From Camelus dromedarius (Eukaryota), in contig NC_087436.1 in NCBI RefSeq assembly GCF_036321535.1, positions 118,732,001 through 118,796,000 on the forward strand: a stretch of 64,000 nucleotides of DNA. Direction: 5' to 3'. The notes under the pieces were generated by a model that had not been told where the DNA came from, did no database searches, and saw nothing but the letters and a program-made list of their open reading frames with translations. Positions 1 through 14,635 of this stretch are shown here, piece by piece. The number at the start of each line of letters is the position of its first letter. Position 1 is the stretch's first letter. The translations under genes were made by a program, and so were the position numbers.

Positions 1-2049
1 CACGGTGCACAGTGCCCACTTGCTGAAAAGCATTTGGACACATCTGCAGGTAAGCCTGGCTTACCTTGCGAACAACAGTCCTTTTAAATTTTCTTTTTCC
101 TGTGATCCTGAGCAGAACCCCCCTCCCCAAACTCCTCCCCAGGTCAGGAGTTTGCTCTTGCGGTGGTCGTCCCTTAGGGGCTCCAAGCACCTGGCTCTAG
201 GCACTGTGAACTGTGTGATCCCAGGCAAGCATGTGCCCCTTCTGTGGGGCTGGGGACAAAAACGCTGATCCCTGCCTGGCTACCTCCCGGCATCAAATGA
301 GATCCTATCTGGGAAAGTGCTTTGCGAATATGAAGCAAATAAAATATCTTCTCATAATGATTACTCTCATCATAATTTACACCACGACACCAGAGCCCAT
401 CAGATGTAACCAAGGGGCCGGTTTGGGTGGAGGCACCCTAATAATGATCTGTGATGGTTTTCTGTATGGGGCTCACTTCCCTCTGGGTTCCCAATTTCTA
501 TACCTCACTTCCCAGCATTCCCATCTTGAAGTGGTCCCTTCAGCTGGAAGCTTCCATTCCCCACAGGCAGTGGAGGAAATACCTTCTTGCGGCCACTTAC
601 TCACTGAGTCACCCGCCCACCTAGCGTTCCGCAGCCTGTGGCGGGGCTGCGACTTAGGGCTGAATGGACCCCAGGTGGTGATGAGGAGGAAGGCACAGCT
701 GTGAGGGGTGCATGTCACAATGGGGGCACTGAAGAGGGGAAGAGCTGACGTGAGGTCAGGAGAGACCTCGTGGAGGAAGTGACATTCTTACCCAATGGAC
801 AGACAGTAACAGGGTTACCAAGCGGCCACGGGGAACAGGTTGTAGGAGCTCCTAGATACACGGAAGGTGAACAGGTTGGAGGAGGCTGGCATATTCAGGG
901 GCCTGCAGGAGCCCAGGGTGGGTGGGCAGTGAGCCTGGGGCAACGGGCTGGAGCAGCAGGGGCTCAAATGCAGAGGTTAGGAAGTGGGGCTGGGTCCCAA
1001 GACAATGGAGCCACTGGGGGTTTATGAAGGAAGGTCATTCGGGGGTCACCACCGTTGTCCAGGGAAAGGCATTTAAGACCGCTTGCCCGTGGTTCTTAAC
1101 CCCTCTAGGCCCCACCCCTTTGGAAATGCACCCTCAGGCTTGGGAAATCACGCATGCGTGCAACGCTCTCAGAACTCTGAGTATGATTTCACACGTGCAC
1201 GGCCACGGCCACGGACGGGCCCAAGACCCTGAAGGGCACCACCTGGCGTTGCAGTGTTGTTATCAATAGGTTCTAGCATTTTAATTTTAAAAGGCTATGC
1301 TCCCCCAGGAGCTGGTGACTGGCTGGTACTTTACGTCTCCCCAGGGCCCCCTCAGGCGGATGTCTTCCTCTCAAGGTGGCCCTTTGTGACTCCAAGATGC
1401 TCAGAGTCAGGGCTGTCAGTGCCCTCTGAGAGGAAGACAGCCTGGAAGACTCTGACAAACCCCATGGCCCTGGTTCCATTCCTCATTCCAAACACAGGGT
1501 CCCCAACAGTGACCCACAGGCTGTCAGGCCCCTTCCCCCTTCCTCTGTCTCCACCCTCATCCCCCTCCCCGCCGCCTCGGTCTCATCATCCTGCACCGGC
1601 AGGGGTCCTGTCTTACTTCCCAGCCCCGGTGCCCGGCTCACGCCCGAGCACACCTCATTGTACTGAGTGAGCAATTGTTAAATGCTGAACCTGGACCCAC
1701 TGATGATGGTATTCACCAGCCCATCTTGGGGTCAGCCTGCTGGGGTGCAAATCCTGCCCCACCACTGCAAACCTGCAGGACCCTGGGACTCTCCATGCCT
1801 CCACTTCCTCACGTGTAAAACGGATAAAATAGTGCCGCCCTCAAAGGTCGCTGAGGGACAAAATGAGTGGACAACAGACGTAGAGCCTGGGGAGAGTGCC
1901 TGATGCAAAGACACCCCAATAAACACAGGGATCCCTTGTGCTCCCACGAACCTGGCAAAGAAGCACAGCAAGGAACCGGAAACTGACAGCTGCACTGTCT
2001 CACGGGGCCTCACAGCAGTGCATGCAGGGGGTGCTTGTGGTGGGTGCAG

Positions 2050-2430
2050 TCATGTCCCCAAAAACTCCTAAGCTGCAGTCCCAGCCACCACCCCTCAGTA
2101 GCTCAGAGCAGGACCTGATTTGGAAGCAGTCATGGCAGACATAATTAATTAAGTCACAATGAGGTCAAGAGGGTGGGCCCTAAGCCAGCATGACTGGCGT
2201 CCTCATAAAAAGGAGACGTTTGGACAGAGATGGACATGCTAGAAGCAAGTCAATGAGCAGAGACACAGGGAGAAGACGGCCGTCCACGAGCCAAGGAGAG
2301 AGGCCCGGAACTGACCCTCCCTCAGAGGCCTCGGAAGGAAGCACCCTGCCAACGCCTTGATCCTGGAGGACTGTTGTTTAAACCACACAGTTTGTGGGCC
2401 TCTGCTAGGGCAGCCCCAGGAAACCCCCGC
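2050..2430 (+). mobile_element. MaLR LTR (MLT1-type)
   Basis: Motifs gggccctaa..atgactgg..cctcataaaaagg, agccaaggagagaggcc, ccctgccaacgccttgatc. Confidence 0.75.
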
Positions 2431-3069
2431 AGTACGGAAGTCTCTATTTGCTCAGTAAGGAATTGAAGCACAGAAGTGACTAGCAAGGCTCCGGGCCCCA
2501 CCAGCTGGGGGGACTCGGCCCTGCCTGTCTCCACCTGGGAGGACTGCCAACGTCTGGCTGCAGCAAGAAGCAGGTCTCCCTGGTGCCGAGCCCCCTGGGA
2601 GGGATCGTTAGCAAGGAGGTGGGAGCCTGCCTCCCAGAAGTGAGAGCAAGACACGCAAGAGACGCACAAACCACGAGGAAACGATGAAATGGACACTGAC
2701 AGCCAAAGTGAGCCCTTGCTGACAGCACTCTCCCAGGGCGGCTCGCAGGCCGCCGTTTAAGATTGCTAAAAGCCAGAGTTGGCGACTGTCCTGTGACATT
2801 TTCTGCCGAAATGGTACCAGACATTTGTTCCGTCTTTAAAGGGCTTTGGCGTTCACTCTCATCGGGTTTTCGCTCTGACACACTCATAAGATAGCGAGGG
2901 CTGCTACCCCCTCACCCAGCACAATCCGCAGGGGCTCAAGGACGTCCCAAGTTCACAGGGGCACAGACGGGCTGGAACCCAGGCCCTGGGAGGCCAGAAG
3001 AGGGAATAGCACCCGAAGTACGCCAAGGAGGAGGCGGCGAGAACATACCCATCACTGACCACATGACTG

Positions 3070-3201
3070 CATGTTTGGGGGCTGAACTGAGTCCCCTGCA
3101 AGGTATGTTCAAGTCCAAACGGCCCACCCCACGACCAGTACCTGTGACCATGACCTTATTTGGAAATAGGGTCTCTGCAGATGTAAATTAAGGTGAGGTC
3201 A
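3070..3201 (+). mobile_element. 5' part of an MLT1-type LTR, interrupted by L1
   Basis: gtacctgtgaccatgaccttatttggaaatagggtct..gcagatgtaaattaag. Confidence 0.7.
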
Positions 3202-3609
3202 TGCTGCAAATGGCATTATTTCATTTTTAATGGCTGAGTAATATTCCATTGTGTATATATACCACAACTTCTTTATCCAGTCACCTGTCAATGGACATTT
3301 AGGTGCTTCCACATCTTGGCTGTTGTAAACAGTGCTGCTATGAACACTGGGGTGCATGTATCTTTTCAAATTAGTTTTTTCCAGATATATGCCCAGGAGT
3401 GGGATTGCTGGATCATATGCTAACTCTATTTTTTTGTTTTTTAAGGAATCTCCATACTGTCTTCCACAGTGGCTGCACCAAATTATATTCCTACTAACAG
3501 TGTAAGAAGGGTAGAGAACAAGGAACTACATTCAATATCTTGTCATAACGTGTAATGAAAAAGAATATGAAAAAGAGTATACATGTGTAATCACTATGCT
3601 GTTCACCAC
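3202..3609. mobile_element. 5'-inverted, truncated L1 (ORF2 end on minus, 3'UTR on plus)
   Basis: Antisense L1 ORF2-end motifs at 3202-3510, sense 3'UTR motifs at 3511-3606; flanked by tgaggtca repeats. Confidence 0.8.
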
Positions 3610-6129
3610 TGAGGTCACCAGGCTGGGCCTCACCCACCTCACCTGCCCCCTGCAGGCTGACCTCTGACCTCTGAAACTAGGCAGCAGTTCCCAGCCCTTG
3701 GGCCAGGAGAACTACACCTGGGGATGGCCCTGCCCAGAAAGCCACTACAGTGCTCTGAGTCCCCCTCGGCCCATCACGGAGGAGTTAGTGACCACAGGCC
3801 CCGTCCACTCCGGGGCCCCGTCAGCCTATGTTTCCACCAGCACCTCCGCAGATCAGAGGAGACAAATCACAGTCACATTTAACCTTCTCCAGTCAAGGGT
3901 AAGCCCTGGGACAAACACACGAAAAGCCAAGATAGAGGAAACCATCCTGTAAGCAGTGTGGGTGAGTCTACCCAGCCTCCCACGGGATGAGGCGAGCCCA
4001 GGAAGAGACGATGGTGAAGAGGATGACGGGGACAGTGACAATGACGTGGCAGGAGCCAAACCTGGTTGGTCACTTACGGGTGCCAGGCACTGTGCTAAGA
4101 GCCCTCCCTGTACTTTCTCATCTCATCCTCATAATCACACTCAAGGCAAGTCTCAGTGTTGTTCCCACTTCACAGCTGGGAACACTGAGGCCAGAAATGT
4201 TTAGTAACCTGCCTGACGGTATCTCAGCTGGTAAGAGGCAGAGCCGTGCTGGAATCGACACTGCCTCTGTCCACTTCGGGTCCCACCTGTCACTTAAAGT
4301 GGGAGCATCTCACCCCTGTGTGCGTGGCTCCAGTGCTCAAGGATCAGCATTTTCTCTTCCACAGGCCCCTACACAGCAGCCCCTGCTTCCTCTGCTACTC
4401 AGCTGATGATGGGTTGGCTTCTCCCAATGCTAGAGGCAGAACTAGCTGGGAACCACACTTTATGGGCAATTTAAGGAGTTTCTGAGAGGATTTTGACCAT
4501 GCACAGCAGCCTCCAGCAAAGTCTTGAAGGCACGGGCTCCATGTGAGCTGCCATCCTCCTGGGGCAGTGGGACTTTTCAATGATGAGGCGTGAAACATGG
4601 AGAAGGTCACAGATGCATGTGGACAAGGGGCTTGTAACTGATCGCACACAAGTTATCTAATGCCCCAGACTCCTCAAGAACCAGCTCTGCTCCAGCATCT
4701 CGAGGTAAGGGCAGCAGCCCTGATGCTTCAGAGCTGGGTGCCTGTGGTCAAGTCACCTAACCACCCAGAGCCCCGTTTCTCCATCTATTCAGTGGGATAA
4801 CAGCACCTGGCTTGCAAGGCTGTTCTAAGGATTAAATGAGAGAACATGAAGTGTACAAAACGTCAGCAGCATCTCTGAAATATTTAGGTAACCACCCTTT
4901 TTCTCAGATAAAAGAAAGAGCAAGGGAAGATGGAGAGACTGGGACAATCAGGACTTAAGCCAACAGGCTGAATTAAAGTCTTATATGTAGGAAAATTACA
5001 GGATTAAGGATTCTAAACGACAATCTCCATCTCTACACAATTTATTTTCCAAAATTACAGTACGGTGCCAATATGAAATGCACACTGTTTTCCTTTTATC
5101 TGATGCATAAAACGGAGAAAGAAGGAACAGGGCTTGTAGAAATGACATTAGTAGGATGAAGCTCTAAACAGATAAAATGTGACCACAGATAAACTCATTA
5201 TTAAAAGGGTCTAGGCAGGTACACTCCATTATCCTGAGAAAATGCAGAGCATTTAAATTTCCAGTTAATTTGAAATAGATTAGCCAGGTCCAAAGATAAA
5301 TTTGATTTTTTTTTAAATGAGCAATCTTCTTTGGGGCTAAGGTGGTTCCCTGATTTTTCCTTAAATGTCAATTGACCCAGTAGGGAGTGGCAGGGATTGT
5401 GACCTCTTGGAGGGAGCTGAGTTAACTTTCTCTTGACAGGGAGGCAGCCTGCTGCAGGAGAAACGAAGCACTCTGGACTCACCTCCAATTTAGATTAAAT
5501 TCCAGTTCCACCTCTTCCTAGCTGTGTGACAACAGGTCAGTGCACTGCCTCTCTGAGCCTCAGCCTCATTCTCTGAGGAGTGTGGTTACTAACAGTACCT
5601 GCTTCATGGTCTGCATGAGCATGAAATGAAATGATGCCTTTGAAAACATCAGAGGGTGCCAAACACACAGCAGGAGTATTTTAAAAGTAAGTTTTTGTTC
5701 TCCCATCAGTCAGATGAATAAATGTGTCCAGCCTGCCCTCGCCCCAGAGCTTAAGAAACTTGCTCAGGGTCACAGAAGTAGCAAATAGGAAAACCAGAAA
5801 AGGATCCAACCCTGCGTGCTCTCTACGGCACAGCCCTGGGGACCTCCTGTGTCCTGCTGCTGGGGCGGAGGCTACAGAACCCATCTGACCAGGGCCTGCC
5901 CTCAAGGGGTTCACAGTCTAAAGGAATGAGGATGCCCATACAGCACCACCACACTGGGGACCATCATCACCTTTGGAGCTGAGTTGGAGGCGGGAAAGTG
6001 TGGTTGCTCTCCCAGGGATGGGGTGGATCAGGGAAGAAGTCACCAGCACAGGACAGTTATGTAATACTGCACATGGAGGAGGGCATCTAGCAAGGGCCTG
6101 GCACAGGCAGGGACCCGCTAAATGTTGGA

Positions 6130-6430
6130 CAGATGGACAGACAGGAGGGAACAGATGATGAGGGATGAAGGGTAGCTGGTTGGCTGCCCGGAGAATGGCT
6201 GGATGGAGAGATGGACAAGCAGATGGTGGGGTGAATGTGATGATGGAGTGTGGGTAGACAAGCGGGTGGACAGGTGGATGGGTGGGTGAATAGGGGGACA
6301 GATGGGCATTGAGGTGGCTGGGAGAGGTTTGGGTGGATGGTTACGGCTGGCTGGGTAGATGGGTGGATGGGTGAGCGGGTGGAATGAGGGACAGATGGAT
6401 GGGCTGGTGGGTTGCGTGGGTGGATGAAGA
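6130..6430 (+). repeat. Degenerate (TGGA/TGGG)n simple repeat
   Basis: Repeated gatgg/ggtgg/gatggac units. Confidence 0.8.
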
Positions 6431-6499
6431 GGACGACTGGGAAATGGAGTCCACGTCTTGACCAAGTGGCTGTACCAGAAAGTTACAGAAAAGCGGGAA

Positions 6500-7170
<671 letters not shown>

Positions 7171-7399
7171 GGCATCCACACTGAGCCTGACCTTACTTTC
7201 AACTTCGGTCTTTCGTTCCGTGTGCTTTTTTTTTTTTTTTTTTTGCATAAATGTTTGCATTGAAACGTTGCTTCAAAATACAATTTATCTCTATGACTTT
7301 TCTGGCGCCCCCTTAAATTTTGCCCAGGAGGCGAGTGCCTCACTCACCTCACTCTAGTGGGGACCCTGCACACCCGTGAGCTACCTGAGTCCTTGTAAG

Positions 7400-7914
7400 T
7401 GTAATAGAAAAGAACAAATCTGACTCCGTATTAGATCTGTTCCTTTGGTTTTAAACCCTGTGCCCTGTTTTCTAGGCTTAGCCTTGCTGGCTCTGCACCT
7501 TTTGTAAAACAATGTTGCCTTTAGCCTGAAATATACAGGCGAGCCATTCTCAAGGCTCTGATCTTTAAGGATATTAACACTTTTGCAATTATATAAAGAT
7601 AACAAGTTGCAGAATAGAAAATAACGTTTGCTTTGTAAGAGGTTTTACAGGGATGCCATGACCTGACCCACGTGGACAGCTACAAGAACAAAGAACTCCT
7701 ACAGCAAGAAGTTTGCAACAACCAACACACCCCCTCCCCTTTTTGTAGTATAAAATAAGCCTTAATTCTGACTTGGGCAGCATGGTTCTCCAAGACATTA
7801 GTCTGCCATCCTCTCAGTCTGCTGGCTTTCCAAATAAAGTCGTTTTTCCTTGCCCCAACACCTCATCTCCTGATATACTGGCCTGTCGTGGGGTGAGCAG
7901 AACACTTGATAACA
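7400..7914 (+). mobile_element. Solo ERV (ERV1-like) LTR
   Basis: TG...CA ends (tgtaatag...taaca), TATA-like tataaaa near 7750, AATAAA near 7833; no clear TSD. Confidence 0.7.
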
Positions 7915-8567
7915 AGGAAACTGCGCAGCAGGCAGGATCGGGATCGGCTGGTGCACTCTGGGAGGGCGGCGCCAGTGGTTCCAATACCGAATACCCTCAC
8001 ACCAGTTTGTAAAGAGCTGCCACCTGGAACCTCCTGAGTGTCCCCACTTTCAATCCAGAACTTCCCAGACCTCTCCATTTCCCCATGCGTAAACGGCTAA
8101 TGCCTGACCCAGTAAGGGTCAGCAGACCATGACTTCTGGTTGGTGAGACAGGCCCACGGGTGTCACAGCAGCTGTTGCTTACTGTGAACGCACCCCGTGG
8201 AGCTACTCAGAAGTGACTTGAATAATGTTACACGGCTAAAAGTCACCGAACCTCCATGCGTGTGATTCAAGGTTTTTTTCTCTTTCCACTTCACCCCCTG
8301 CCTGGGGGGAGTACACATCTCTCTGCTTTTATATCTTCCCTTCTCCCCACCCAGGAGCTGTGGGCTGGACTGGGGTGATCCACCCACTGCAGAGAAGGGC
8401 ATCCCTGCCTAATTTTCAGAATTAATTTATACAAATGAGTGGAACTGCCTCCATGTTAAGCTCTCCTTCAATTGCTAGTGCCTGCCGCTGCTGCTCGGTC
8501 ATGGACATGAAAGCTTGCAGAAGACGAAGCAAACAAGCACTGTGTGTCTGTTAGTCCCACACTCTGA

Positions 8568-8888
8568 ATTTATCCCTCCCCCACCCTTTCCCATGTGGTA
8601 ACCAAAGTTTGTTTTCTATGTCCATGTGTCTGTTTCTGGTCTGTAAATAGAATTTGTATCATTTTTTTTTTTAGATTCCACAGTACTATATATAAAACAG
8701 ATAAACAACAAGGACCTACTGTATAGCACAAAGAATTATATTCAATACCTTGTAATAACCTGCAATGGAAAAGAATCTGAAAAGAAAAGATATATATGTA
8801 GTATGTGTATAACTGAATTGCTTTGCTGTACACCTGAAACTCACATTGTAAATTACTACATTTCAATTAAAAAACATTAAAAAAAAAA
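8568..8888. mobile_element. 5'-inverted L1 3'UTR fragment (cetartiodactyl type) with A tail
   Basis: 8568-8682 is the reverse complement of, and 8683-8888 collinear with, the L1 3' end at 60.4-60.8 kb. Confidence 0.85.
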
Positions 8889-9648
8889 CCACAATCAGGA
8901 GCAAACATGAAAGAGGGGACTCGGGAGCCACTTGGAAGGCTTTGTTGGACAGTGTGTATTGGCGTGGGGTTGGGGTGGGGCACATAGGGCAGATATAATT
9001 GGTGTTAGATCCCTGCGAGGAGAATTGCTCAGGGTCTGCCCAAAGGTGTGACTCCCGGAATTGGTGATGCTCAGCACGTGGAGGGGTCTGCCTTTATCAC
9101 CTTTCAGGAAGCCACAGGTCACCACAGAAACGAGGCGTCTTTGTAGGCAACTGCAAATATTGATGACAACAGGGCAAAATTGCCATTTGGCAAATATCGG
9201 GTGCGAAGCGCAGAGTTCATGCAGTCCTACAAAACTGGCTCCGAAATACCAATAACTCTGGTGAGAGATTTAGGGTTAGAGGTCTGGGCTGGTTGAACAG
9301 CCCCCTCACCACTCTGAGCCTCTGCCCCTCATCTGGAAATAGGGTTTCATGACAAGACATTCCCAGGAACATACGGATTACGTAAGAACGCAATAAAGAG
9401 ATGCATATGGGCATCAGGACTGCAGGTGCTGCAGTGCCTTGAGTTCCCTGACAGCATCCCCCTTGCTTGTCACCCTCATCCTCTGTCTCCCCATCACACT
9501 GTGAACCTCTCGTGATTGCAAGTCTGTGTCTTTTCACCCGGGAAATCCTACATGTATATAAAGCATGACTCAAAAAATATTTATTACGAGATTTGCCACA
9601 GAGATGACACTCTTAAGGGTGGGACCCCACATAACATCACTGTATCTC

Positions 9649-9764
9649 GGACACTGATGATGATACTGTGAACTAAGTATCATCTTAGTTCTTTTTGGGA
9701 CACTGATGATGATACTCTTCATCAGTATCTTTTTGGGACACTGATGATGATACTGTGAACTAAG
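9649..9764 (+). repeat. Complex micro-duplication: 29-bp direct repeat with a templated insert
   Basis: ggacactgatgatgatactgtgaactaag at 9649 and 9736, partial copy at 9698. Confidence 0.9.
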
Positions 9765-11204
9765 CAGAAATGAGCTTGATTTTCTGTACTGGAAATTCCA
9801 TGTAAAGGGAGAAAATGTCACCTGCACATCTCCCTGACATCTCACAGACTCATTTCAATTCAATTAAACTTCTTATCTTTCCACGCTCCACTTCTATCCT
9901 ATTAAATAGCTGATCTGGTATTTTTCAAATTTTTTGGACTGCTTCCCACAGTCAGAAACACATTTTAAGACCATACACCATTATACACATGCACATGTGG
10001 ACAACCGAAACAGACGTTTCACCAAACAGCATTCCCCTTGGTATGTGGCGCCCTTCTACACTTCCTAGTTGATTTCCATTTTTAAATACTGACTGTGAAT
10101 TATGGAACTGATTGCACAACCCACTGACAAGAGTCAGCCTGCAATTTGAGGATCGTTGTGCTGCACCGTAAATAGCAATTTACTGAAACACGATGACTCC
10201 TGGGATCTTTGGGTACTGGTGCAGGCATGAAGCTGCCTGCCAAGTCGGCAGTATTTCCTAGACATGCCTCCCCTTCCGCCGTCGTCACCTCTCCCCTGGA
10301 AGGCGTCAATAAAGACTGACATGAAAGCAGCTAGTGTTGTGTCAGTGCCTTCTGTTGTGAGTGTTGTACATCGTTAACTCACTTACACAGCCATTTAAGG
10401 GAGTTGGTACTGTATCATTCTCATTTCACAGATGAGGAAACTGAGGCCCAGAGAGGTTAAGTCACTTGGCCTAGGTTACACAGCTAGTGAGTGACAGCGC
10501 TGGAGTTTGGCTCCAGGCATCTGCTTCTAGAACCTGCCTCCTTAACCAGCCACTTCCTCTCTGACAGCACTCTGACTTGGCCCTCTTCCCCCCACCACCA
10601 CCACCTCCACTATCTCTTCACCATGCAATTACGTGAGATCCCCCAAATCTTGACTTTGAGCCTCTCCTGCTAAGGTTCCCCTACGTCCTACTCTACCTGG
10701 CTTCCAGAATTCAGTTCATGCCGTGGCCCTGGCGATCTGTCCTCCCGGGACCTCTTCTGCCTCACCAACTCCCTCTGCCCAGCACACCCTCTGCCCTGGT
10801 CCCAGTATGCTCTTCCACACCTCTGTGCTTTGCCCCAGCTCTTATCTATCCTCAAAAGCCCTTCCCGCAAAGCCCAATTCACATGGCCCGGTTCTCTGTA
10901 GCCTTCCATCCACAAGCACACGCACACTGTGCCTGCATGTCCCTCGTGTCACCCAGCATCCAGTCTGGGAGTGACTTGTTTCCTATCTGTGTCCCCACCA
11001 GCAAGCCAGCTCCTCAGTCATCTCATTGTCCTCGGGCCAGAGTTGGCACGCCTGATGTCAGGCACCAGTTGGACAGAAAGGAACCTCTGCTCAGAGCCCC
11101 CAGCGAATGCACAGCCCTGCAGTCCGCTCAGAGTGCCCTCTGTTGCCAGGGATCCTGGTCAGAGCCCTGTGGGGCAAGCAGGGCAAGATGGGGACCCCAT
11201 TTTA

Positions 11205-11597
<393 letters not shown>

Positions 11598-12699
11598 TCA
11601 GGATGCTATAAACATGGCCTGAGGTTTTCACAGATGCCAGAGTCAACCTTTTTTTTTTCTTCTGTTATTTGGCCAATTGGATATTCTGACAACATGGCAT
11701 TTTGTAAAACATTCATCCATGTCTTTTAAAAGATGATCTAAAATAATTCAGAGACCTCTTTTGAATAATAAGGCACCAGACTTCAGGAATCTTAACAGCG
11801 ACCTCACCCCTAAATCAGTAATCCCATCTTTGGGTCATACCAGCAAAGAACTGAGCCTGAACCAAACATCTGCGCTGTCTCACTGAATCCTCGCATTCTC
11901 AGCCTGCAGGTGGGTTCCCTTCCCCTTACTTCACATACGAGGAAACGAGGAAACGGAGGATCAGAGAGGCTGGGCAACTTGCCTAAGGTCACACAGCATT
12001 ATAGAGTCCAGGCTGCCTGCCTCCCAAACTCACGATTTAGCCCTGTGTTCTGCTGCCTCCCATTTGAGCTACATTCTTGCAAATCTCTTCTAAGGAAACA
12101 ATTGAAACGCAGAGGAAGGTTTCTGCAAGTAAAAGAATTCATCTCTGAATTATTTACAAAATTGAGAGGTTGGAAGTCACCTAACTGTTAGGAATGGCTA
12201 AGCCACCTGAAGACCTTCTTATCCTTAGAAAGTGATGGAAGCTGGAGGGAACAGCTGCCTACTGGTCTACTGAGGCCTTAACTGGGCTCATTCACCACTA
12301 TGACCCTCAGTATCTTCATCTGTAAAATAAAGGTAATTGCACCTGGTTCAGAAGGCTCCTGTGATGATTAAATAAAATGATACACTGTTACTAATAAGGC
12401 CAAGAGTCCCCTCTCTACTCTCCTTTTGAGTCCCTGGGAGAGAGTCTCTAAAGTGACAGAAGGGAGTGTGCCCTCTTGTGGAGATTCAAATCAAGTTCCT
12501 TCCAAACTGAACCGGGGAGTGGCCCCGTGTTAATCCTTCAGAGACTTGGGAGGAGCACCTTCCGACTGATTATAAAATAGGCTGATATCTGAATGGGAAA
12601 AGACAAGTCTCTCTTCTCAGATTTTCAGACCAAGCTGAAACATCAAGTCTGAGACAATATTGAATTCTGGTGTGATCTCTATTCTTAAACTAAGCAGAA

Positions 12700-13150
12700 A
12701 ATGACTCATTTCCCTGGAACCTAGGAATGCTCCCTGAACATGCACAAGAAACTATAGATGTGAAAGTAAAGATCTTGAGATGGAGGAGATGATCTTGGAT
12801 TATCTGCGTGGGCCTCACTGCAATTTACGACTGTCCTTATGAGAGGCAGAGGGAGATCTGACACAGAAGGAGAGGGCATGTGATCCACCGAAGCAAGATG
12901 CTGCACACTGCTGGCCTGAAGATGGGAGGGGCCAGAAGCCAAGGAACGCAGCTGTAGATGCTGGAAAAGGCAGACACAGATTTCCCCTCCAGCCTCTGGA
13001 GAGAGCACAGCCCTCTGCATAGCGTGATTGTAGTCCAGTGAGGCTGCTTTAGAACTTCTGCCTCCAGAAAAGGAAGGAAATGAATGTGCACTCCTTTTAG
13101 GCCCTAAGTTTGTAGCAATTTATCTTAAAAGCCACAGGAAAGCAATGCAC
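12700..13150 (+). mobile_element. MaLR LTR (MLT1D/E-like)
   Basis: gagatgatcttggattatct..gggcc, gagaggcagagggagat, agccaaggaacgcag, gctggaaaaggca. Confidence 0.75.
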
Positions 13151-14247
13151 TCGCTAATAAGAACTAGACAACTAAGTACCATTTTTTTTCACTGATTAAT
13201 GACAAGTGAAAAAGAATCTATTACATACAGAGCTGCAGAGAGTGCTCTGAACTAGGAGACTCCATCGGGGAGCACCTACCAGGGTAAATCAGGGCCTCAT
13301 GGCTGCAGGGACCGCTGCAGGGCAGGCTGCCTGGGGTCGAGTCCCAGTGCCCCACGTGGCTGAGTGTGTGACCATGAAGTCACTTCACGAGCCAGCACCT
13401 TGACTTTCCCATCTAGAAATTGAGGCTAACGCTATTACTTCGTTTTCAGTATTTTTAAAAGGCTTGTCTGTTAAATACGGGTCAAGCTATCATTATTAAT
13501 TTTGTTGCATTTAGATGAGAAATTAATTCGCAACAACGATACTGCGGGTGAAGGTGGGAGTGGGGTTCTCTTTCTCAGATTTCTAACAATGCTGTTGCAT
13601 TCATTTTGCAATAAATATTTTTAAATTTTAACTCTTTCACTGAGGTGAAATCCAATGGACACTACCAACCTTTCACTGTACGCAAACAAGACCACACTTG
13701 TGGTGAAATTAGCCTAAAATCTGTACTCACAATTGTGCATTCAGACCCTGGCTTCAGTGACCCTGAATAATATATTTTGTCCACCCAGCCTCAGTTTCCT
13801 CTTCTGGAAAAGGGGATCGTATCATGCTGTGTGTCATAGGGTCCCAGGGAACAATGAGGGGGGCCTAGGTGGGAGGGCAGCACTGAACCCTGTTATAAGC
13901 CTTAACCCCTTTTTGTCCCACCCCTGCCACAGTTTCGGCCTCCCCTTCAGGAGCCCCACTTCTGCAGGATGGCGCATTCCCCGCTTCAGAGAACGGAGGA
14001 CACAGCTCCCATTTCCCCCTCCAGGATGGCCTCAGCCCAGGCCCCAGCCACAGCAGCCCCTCCTCCTCACCACTCATGGTCCCCCCGGGCTGTCTGTCTC
14101 TCCCTTACATGGAGGGGTCTCCTACCCATCTTTCCCAGGCCTGGTGACCTTCTGGTTTTCATTGCCATGTACAACCATGTGTGGGTTATACTGTTCTCTC
14201 TCCAGGGCTGGGGCCCCGCCTTCCTCCGCTTTCAACTCCCAGGACTT

Positions 14248-14635
14248 ATATTACGGGCTGCATATGTCCCACTTAAATACATATGTTGAAGTCCTAACCC
14301 CAGTTCCTCTAGCAGGTGACTGTATTTGAAGACAGGGTCTTCACAAAGGTAATTAAGTTAAAATGAGATCATTAGGGCGGGCCCTAATCCAACACAGCTG
14401 CTGTCCTTCTAAGAGGGGAGGTTAGGGCACAGGCGGGCACAGAGCAAGCCGGTGTGAAGACACGGACAGAAGGCAGACAACGTCGAGCCCAGGAGAGAGG
14501 TCTCAGAAGGAACCAGCCCTGTCCACGCCTTGGTCTTGGACGTCGAGCCTCCAGGATGGTGAGAAAACAAATGTCCGTCGTTTAAGCCCCTCAGTCTGTG
14601 GGGGTTTTGTTCTGGCAGCCCTAGAGGACTCGCAC
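14248..14635 (+). mobile_element. MaLR LTR (MLT1A/B-like)
   Basis: tatgttgaagtcctaacccc, gggccctaatccaa, gcctccaggatggtgagaaaacaaatgtc..tttaagcc. Confidence 0.8.

Noticed and set aside
65..660. Possible further C4orf50 exons ending at donor-like sites 65 (AAG|gtaagc) and 601 (|gtaagt)
   Set aside because: Acceptors are weak or ambiguous and the peptides are not recognisable; the next exon probably lies outside the window.
9649..9764. CRISPR-like array or C/D-box snoRNA (TGATGA motifs)
   Set aside because: Mammalian context; the spacers are self-derived; no convincing box C/D terminal stem arrangement.
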